From the NCBI GenBank assembly GCA_934747965.1, contig CAKVHI010000001.1:65703-129702 (forward strand): a stretch of DNA of 64,000 nt, written 5' to 3'. Below are positions 58,980-64,000 of the stretch, piece after piece; position 1 is the first letter of the stretch; the number at the start of each line of letters is the position of its first letter. Origin of the DNA: an uncultured Clostridia bacterium. GTDB lineage: Bacteria > Bacillota > Clostridia > Christensenellales > UBA1242. The notes under the pieces are model-generated. The model worked only from the letters and a program-made list of their open reading frames with translations. It ran no database searches and was not told where the DNA came from. A program made the position numbers and the translations under genes.

Positions 58980-60007
58980 TAGAATTAGTTAAAAAGTTGC
59001 GGGATAGTCTATTGTGTCAAACAAATATTGATACTGTTTTCTATTTGTTTTATAATAAAAAAGAACCAACCGAAATTCCATTTATTAGCAATCAAAATGA
59101 TTTAATATCTCGAATTGCATTTAAAGGATATTCTAAAGAAGTGGATGAAGCTTTTAATGTAAATACTATAGATTCAGGTCATACACAAAATAATTATTGC
59201 AACAAATTTATACAATGTATAGGAATAAGACTTTATACTAATGCAAATTACGAAATAATATTATCTGATTTTAAGAGATTTGATATAAAGAGAAAATATG
59301 TTATGGCTCAAATATTTCCTCATTTACTTGACGAGTTGATGAAAGTTTTATTAGATGACAATACCATTGAAGCATCTTTTATTAAATTGCTTGTATGTAA
59401 AGAGACAGACTCATCAAAGATTCAAAAATTAGAATATGATTATATAATTTCGGCAAGCAATACGGATATAATAGACTTAATAATATTAGAGAATTATATA
59501 AAATTATATGGGTTCTCTTCTTTAGTAAATTATGATCAAAAGTCTCTTATTATAGATATACTAAAAAATTTTTCAAATAGCATAAAGCATATTACAAAAG
59601 ACAGAATGAAAGGAAAATCGCTTTTTGAAATACGAGATGAATATGATGTTCAAGATATATTGTATACAATTATTCAATCCATATTCCCTAAATGTGAAAA
59701 AGAAGATCCTTGTTCAAAAGATCCACAAGGATTGTCTCATAGAATTGATTTGGTATTACATGATTTAGGTATTTATATTGAAGTCAAAATGATAAAGGAT
59801 CAAGACAAAGATAAAGTTAAAAATTTTAAACATCAAATTGAAGAAGATATAGTAGGATATTCGGTAAATAAAGATTTAAAGCATTTGATTTTTTTTACAT
59901 ATGATCCGAATGGATATGTGGATAATGAACAACATTTTAAAGAAAGTCAATCGGAAGTGAAAAATAATGGAATAACATATTCTGTTGATAAAGTATACCA
60001 AAAATAA
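58967..60007 (+). CDS. pAgo-associated protein with a C-terminal PD-(D/E)xK nuclease motif
   Basis: A 13-nt overlap with the pAgo stop. EIRDEYDVQDILYTII...HRIDLVLHDLGIYIEVKMIK (E...D...E-x-K). The N-terminal ~200 aa are unrecognised. Confidence 0.6.
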   Translation: MVCIIELVKKLRDSLLCQTNIDTVFYLFYNKKEPTEIPFISNQNDLISRIAFKGYSKEVDEAFNVNTIDSGHTQNNYCNKFIQCIGIRLYTNANYEIILSDFKRFDIKRKYVMAQIFPHLLDELMKVLLDDNTIEASFIKLLVCKETDSSKIQKLEYDYIISASNTDIIDLIILENYIKLYGFSSLVNYDQKSLIIDILKNFSNSIKHITKDRMKGKSLFEIRDEYDVQDILYTIIQSIFPKCEKEDPCSKDPQGLSHRIDLVLHDLGIYIEVKMIKDQDKDKVKNFKHQIEEDIVGYSVNKDLKHLIFFTYDPNGYVDNEQHFKESQSEVKNNGITYSVDKVYQK

Positions 60008-60110
60008 TTATGGCTTTTATTAGGTATCATCCATCGAATAAGTAAATGAATAATATAAAAATTCTATAATGGCATTGGAGAAATAATGACGCAATCTGAA
60101 AAAATATGTA

Positions 60111-60755
60111 ATGAAATTGGCTCAAGATTTTTTTGCAAAGATTTTTGTTTACGAAAATCTAAAATATTTTAATGAAAGTAATAATAAAGTCGAGTTGTGC
60201 GATGGTTTATTTGAATATGCTGGTACTTATATCGCCTTGCAAATAAAAGAACGAAATAAAACAAATTGTTTAAATGATGATTTGTGGTTGGAAAATACAG
60301 TATATAAGTCCGCCGTTTCGCAAATTGAGGAAACGATAAAAGGAATACAGAATAATAATGTTTGTGTTAACGATTTATATCATCAACCAGTAGAACTAAA
60401 TAAAGATTATTTAATATATGCCGTAATTATTTTTGATAATCAAAATATAAAACAATATAAAAAAGTAGTAGAATGTAGTAATTGTAAAATTAATATTTTT
60501 TCACTATCTGATTATAAAATAATGATGGAGACAATAATGCATCCATATGACATTTTGGGCTATCTTTATCAAAGATTGAATATTGGAGTACCTTCCTTAT
60601 TTATAGGTGAAGGAAATTTAACTACTGTAATTTCTAAAATTTCAACTGAAGAAGATTTCGCCAACAGTTTTGCAATATTTCTTGATAATGAATCTAAAAA
60701 TTCAAGACATGATGCATTAAAATTAATGGCTTTAATAAATACAAGACAAATTTGA
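60111..60755 (+). CDS. Putative second PD-(D/E)xK-like protein of the pAgo operon
   Basis: ELCDGLFEYAGTYIALQIKERNK (D...Q-x-K) near the N-terminus. A better RBS and ATG lie at 60086 in another frame (see findings). Confidence 0.4.
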   Translation: MKLAQDFFAKIFVYENLKYFNESNNKVELCDGLFEYAGTYIALQIKERNKTNCLNDDLWLENTVYKSAVSQIEETIKGIQNNNVCVNDLYHQPVELNKDYLIYAVIIFDNQNIKQYKKVVECSNCKINIFSLSDYKIMMETIMHPYDILGYLYQRLNIGVPSLFIGEGNLTTVISKISTEEDFANSFAIFLDNESKNSRHDALKLMALINTRQI

Positions 60756-61201
60756 TTAAAAGTACACCTAATTATAAAGAAATATTAAAAATTTTGCAAT
60801 TATTAAAACCAGAGTGTGCTGCTGATTTTATGGAAAGATTTTGGTATGCATGGAAACAATCTTGCGAAAATAAATTTGACTTATCAAAAAATATTTTGCA
60901 CGTAACTGATAAGAACGAAAGAATAGGAATAACTTTTTTCTCAGTTGGAACAAAACCTTTTGATAATTTAAGATACTACGAAATATTATGCGATGCTAAA
61001 CAATTGCAACATAAACTTGATATTGTCTTAATAATTGGTTTTATAGGTGCAATGAATAATACTTGTCAAATTGATTGGATATATTTTAAAAAAGATTTTA
61101 TAGATGATATAAATGTACTTAATTTTTATAATGAAATAAATATGTTTAACGGAATTGATCGAGAGAATTATGAAGATTTAGCAAAAAAACTTTTAAACTA
61201 A
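60752..61201 (+). CDS. Hypothetical protein, fourth gene of the pAgo operon
   Basis: A TTG start overlaps the upstream stop by 4 nt. No recognisable motif. A terminator follows. Confidence 0.35.
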   Translation: MIKSTPNYKEILKILQLLKPECAADFMERFWYAWKQSCENKFDLSKNILHVTDKNERIGITFFSVGTKPFDNLRYYEILCDAKQLQHKLDIVLIIGFIGAMNNTCQIDWIYFKKDFIDDINVLNFYNEINMFNGIDRENYEDLAKKLLN

Positions 61202-61318
61202 TTACACGATATCTCCTTATATATTGCTTTTGTTTGTGTCTTTGTAGCATAGTTTTCGTATAAATCAACGGAATAAAATATTGCTTAAGCATTTAAAAAT
61301 ATCTAAATAAATCTCATA

Positions 61319-61349
61319 AGACTAGGTTTTACAACCTGGTCTTTTTTTT
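61319..61349 (+). terminator. Rho-independent terminator after the pAgo operon
   Basis: AGACTAGGTT (61319-28) pairs with AACCTGGTCT (61333-42), with one G-U pair, followed by T8. Confidence 0.65.
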
Positions 61350-61486
61350 GTGTCTAATTGATTTCAAAGACAATTTTTTATTCTTTTTCGTTGATTTCTA
61401 CAACTTGTATGAAAGGAATATTATTTTTGCCAAACAATGCTACTTTGCCCCTGCCAAAAGGCGAAATATATAAGGAGGTTTAAAGT

Positions 61487-61744
61487 ATGAAAACAGAAGA
61501 AAACGAAATCAAAAACTACTACTTACAAGAGTTTTCTCTATTTGATGGTGAGTATGATGTTACATTTAACATTTTAGATGTAAACACCGACAAAATGACT
61601 ATCACTGTTGCAGTTACCAAAGCTGGAAAGATTTATGTAACTGAATACGACTTGAAAAGAGATAGAGAGCAAGATTTGTATTTTCAATATGGCATAGAAA
61701 ATACACAAGTTAATGTAAATGATTTTGAAACTATTGAAGATTAA
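61487..61744 (+). CDS. Hypothetical small acidic protein (ICE leading region)
   Basis: An AAGGAGG RBS and an 85-aa ORF. Confidence 0.45.
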   Translation: MKTEENEIKNYYLQEFSLFDGEYDVTFNILDVNTDKMTITVAVTKAGKIYVTEYDLKRDREQDLYFQYGIENTQVNVNDFETIED

Positions 61745-61767
61745 TAATAAACAAAGGAGAAGATAAA

Positions 61768-62310
61768 ATGAGTAATATTAGTATTGTAATTGGTTCTTGG
61801 GGTTCATACAATGAATGTAATGAAAGAGCTTTAGGAAGCAAATGGTTAGATTTAGAAGATTTTGATACTTATGAAGAAATCGAAGATGAACTAACAAAAC
61901 AAGGTTTTGAACTTGATGGCATTGATGAAGAACTTTTTATACAAGACATTGATGGTATTGAAGCAGAAGATATGAATTGTGATTATATCCATCCAAAAGA
62001 TTTATTTGAATTATTAACAGAAGCAGATGTTATTAGTAATGACTACAATTACGAAATGATGTCTGCTTTTTTAGAAGTTCGCACTTGGGAAGATTTTAAA
62101 AATAGATTTAATAATTGTGGCTCAAACTGGCGTGATGATATCTACTTATACAAAGATACAGATTGGTACGACTTAGAATACAACTTAATGCACGAATGCT
62201 ATCAAATACCAGATTATTTAGACAACTATATTGACTATGAAAGATATGCTAATGATTTAAGATATGATGGTTTTGAAGAATATAGTGAAGGAATTATTGA
62301 AATTAGATAA
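61768..62310 (+). CDS. ardA: ArdA-family antirestriction protein
   Basis: A highly acidic protein. The C-terminal YLDNYIDYERYANDLRYDGFEEYSEGIIEI parallels the conserved ArdA tail (Tn916 Orf18-like). Confidence 0.8.
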   Translation: MSNISIVIGSWGSYNECNERALGSKWLDLEDFDTYEEIEDELTKQGFELDGIDEELFIQDIDGIEAEDMNCDYIHPKDLFELLTEADVISNDYNYEMMSAFLEVRTWEDFKNRFNNCGSNWRDDIYLYKDTDWYDLEYNLMHECYQIPDYLDNYIDYERYANDLRYDGFEEYSEGIIEIR

Positions 62311-62366
62311 GGAGAAAAAATATGAATACAACAAAAATTGAGAGAAAAGAAAAAGCTTAGGAGATT

Positions 62367-62752
62367 ATGAAACAATTAGATATTTATACACCATATGTTA
62401 AAGGTTTTAAGAAAACAACGATGTATGTTTCTTTGAAGGCTTTGGTGGTTTTTGGGCTTGGCAAGATGAAGAATTGCAAAACAAAATTAAGAAACTTGAA
62501 GAAAAATATAACTGCACTATTTATGCAATTACCCACGAATTTACAGAGTTTGGAGAGTTAAATGATTTCTTGCTTGTAACAGATTACAAAGAAGAATGGG
62601 ATAACTTGGTTGAAAAATATCAAGGAAAAAATGATGATACAAATATCATTTACGCTTTGGCATATGTTTGGAACAAAGATGATGACTCTTGCTCTGAATT
62701 TGGAACTATTTGTTTACAAAGTTTTGGTGGTGGTATAAGGAGGTTTGCATAA
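62367..62752 (+). pseudogene. Small ICE protein split by a frameshift at an A4 run
   Basis: Frame A reads MKQLDIYTPYVKGFKKTT.... Frame B has no ATG and continues ENNDVCFFEGFGGFWAWQDEELQNKIKKLEEKY.... The frames switch near 62411-62415. Confidence 0.4.
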
Positions 62753-63021
62753 TGGATAAATTAGAAGAATTAAAAAGATATATAGACTATGAATTTTCAT
62801 CTGGTTGTTACACTGTAGAATTTATTAAAGGTGGAACTGAAAACAAATATGTATATATTTCAATTAGTGATGTTAGGTATTTTAGCAATGACTGGTATAA
62901 TCATATCTTGATTAGAACAGCAAAAAACGAAGTAGATTACAAAGGTGGTTTTAACCACTACACCACACTAGATAGACTTGAAGGTGATGTTTGTAAACTA
63001 CTCAACGAACTACCATTTTAG
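62752..63021 (+). CDS. Hypothetical protein (ICE leading region)
   Basis: An AAGGAGG RBS with the ATG overlapping the upstream stop (TAATG). Confidence 0.45.
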   Translation: MDKLEELKRYIDYEFSSGCYTVEFIKGGTENKYVYISISDVRYFSNDWYNHILIRTAKNEVDYKGGFNHYTTLDRLEGDVCKLLNELPF

Positions 63022-63031
63022 GAGAAATTAT

Positions 63032-63358
63032 ATGATTAAATTAAACTTAGAAACTAAAACAAAAGAACAAGAACTCATTAAGCAATATTTAGAAGAAAAT
63101 GTTAGTGAAACTTTGGCAAGCAAAATAAACAATGGTGTTAAGTTGATTAAGGAAAATAAAACCTTAATCAACAAAAAGACATTGCAAGGGTTTATGAACT
63201 ATGCCAATCAAGAAGCAAGGAAACTTGCTGAAAAAGGTGCAAATTGTGCTTGTATTGAAGATAAAGTTGTATATGGTTGGGCTATTCATTATTTTGAAGA
63301 AGATAGTTTAGAAGGCAATCTTTACAATGAAGATGGAACTGATATCCAGATGTTGTAG
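63032..63358 (+). CDS. PcfK-like / AcrIIA9-family-like protein
   Basis: An AGGAGA RBS. KQYLEENVSETLASKINNG...ARKLAEKGANCACIEDKVVYGWAIHYFEEDS follows the PcfK-like pattern (..YL.E.A....a......A.k........ed.vYGwA.HY..ED). Confidence 0.45.
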   Translation: MIKLNLETKTKEQELIKQYLEENVSETLASKINNGVKLIKENKTLINKKTLQGFMNYANQEARKLAEKGANCACIEDKVVYGWAIHYFEEDSLEGNLYNEDGTDIQML

Positions 63359-63681
63359 TTTTAACAAGACTTGGAGATTTTTATGAAGCATTTAATGAAA
63401 ATGCAGAAAGAATAGCAAAAGTTTTAGATTTGGTGCTTGCAAGTCGTGATGTTGGGCTAGAAAACAAGGTTGCACTTGCTGGCTTTCCTATTCACATAAA
63501 AGAAAAATATTTAGAAAAATTACAAAAGTATTACACTGTTTTAATTATTGAAAATGGAAAAATGAATTTCTATGAAAAACAAGAACTAAAACAACAAATA
63601 GATACAAACAACCAAACCTTTGATAAATATTTACTAAAAACTATTGCATCGTTATTAGATGGAAAGGTGGTGATCAAATGA
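63343..63681 (+). CDS. Stand-alone MutS domain I (mismatch-binding domain)-like ORF without a canonical start
   Basis: YPDVVVLTRLGDFYEAFNENAERIAKVLDLVLASRD...VALAGFPIHIKEKYLEKL parallels the MutS N-terminal domain (GDFYE.F..DA...L...LT.R...MAGIP). The frame opens at 63343 immediately after a stop. The first ATG-like start is TTG at 63430. Confidence 0.5.
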   Translation, partial: YPDVVVLTRLGDFYEAFNENAERIAKVLDLVLASRDVGLENKVALAGFPIHIKEKYLEKLQKYYTVLIIENGKMNFYEKQELKQQIDTNNQTFDKYLLKTIASLLDGKVVIK

Positions 63682-64000
63682 TTGAAATTAAAGATATAAA
63701 ACCTATATCAAAAATGATGTTAAATAGAATTAAAATGTTAGATGAAAAACTAAACCCAAAACTTAGTGGAAATACTAGATTTTATACTTATTTTACTAAG
63801 TTTAAGAATGAGTTATGTTCAGTAACTGTTGCAGTTAGAAATTACTATAAAAAATGGTTTTGCAAGCAAGTTGTTGTTCATGGCATTCACACAGATAGAG
63901 TTTATTTACAAGATATTGGAATAACTATGGGATTTTTTAGAGATGGTTGGTTTCGGGAAGGCATCTCAAAATGGTCAACTTGGGTTGATTATGATTGGGG
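63678..64000 (+). CDS. Hypothetical protein, 3' end outside the window
   Basis: The ATG overlaps the upstream stop (ATGA), and the frame stays open to the window edge. Confidence 0.35.
   Translation, partial: MIEIKDIKPISKMMLNRIKMLDEKLNPKLSGNTRFYTYFTKFKNELCSVTVAVRNYYKKWFCKQVVVHGIHTDRVYLQDIGITMGFFRDGWFREGISKWSTWVDYDW

Larger units (their letters stand above)
55381..64000. mobile_element. ICE / conjugative-transposon-like segment (serine-recombinase end, pAgo cargo, leading-region genes); continues beyond the window
   Basis: A serine recombinase sits at one end. ArdA, a PcfK-like protein and a MutS-domain-I ORF are typical of Firmicutes ICE leading regions. The boundaries are not determined. 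Confidence 0.45.

Noticed and set aside
57000-60007. Classifying the Argonaute locus as a short-pAgo SPARTA/SPARSA/SPARDA system
   Set aside because: - The pAgo is ~660 aa with a ~300-aa region ahead of MID, and it is the first gene of the operon.
- No TIR, SIR2 or recognisable APAZ partner precedes it.
- The partner's nuclease core is C-terminal, not an N-terminal effector fused to APAZ.

Overview
AT-rich, Bacillota-like chromosomal segment read with the standard code (long ORFs are uninterrupted by TGA). All domain calls were made by eye from motifs in the supplied translations; no searches were run.

Layout:
- 1-22.4 kb: ordinary housekeeping genes (mfd, pth, tadA, rlmH, two CPBP proteases, glmM, a stand-alone GlmU-type acetyltransferase, tyrS, dinB and others), plus a collagen-repeat surface protein.
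- 23.0-39.5 kb: a ~16.4 kb integrative mobilizable island that splits a tRNA-Thr gene. It carries its own complete tRNA-Thr(GGU), int/xis and a MobL-like relaxase. It also carries an unbroken minus-strand defence block: AbiEi/AbiEii, a metallophosphoesterase, then PLD+SNF2 helicase / N6-adenine methyltransferase / GHKL-ATPase fused to a PD-(D/E)xK nuclease.
- 39.5-41.8 kb: decayed remnants.
- 41.9-49.3 kb: HIT protein, a C1 peptidase and a 1522-aa beta-helix/discoidin surface protein.
- 49.6-53.0 kb: an R-M module with an HNH endonuclease, one m6A and one m5C methyltransferase, and a small HTH protein.
- 53.1-55.3 kb: gene debris.
- 55.4-56.9 kb: a large serine recombinase.
- 57.0-61.2 kb: a four-gene operon led by a catalytically inactive-looking prokaryotic Argonaute.
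- 61.5-64.0 kb: the leading region of an ICE-like element (ArdA, a PcfK/AcrIIA9-like protein, a stand-alone MutS domain I).

The two best candidates for an undescribed system are the pAgo four-gene operon and the methylase / PLD-SNF2 / GHKL-nuclease triad.
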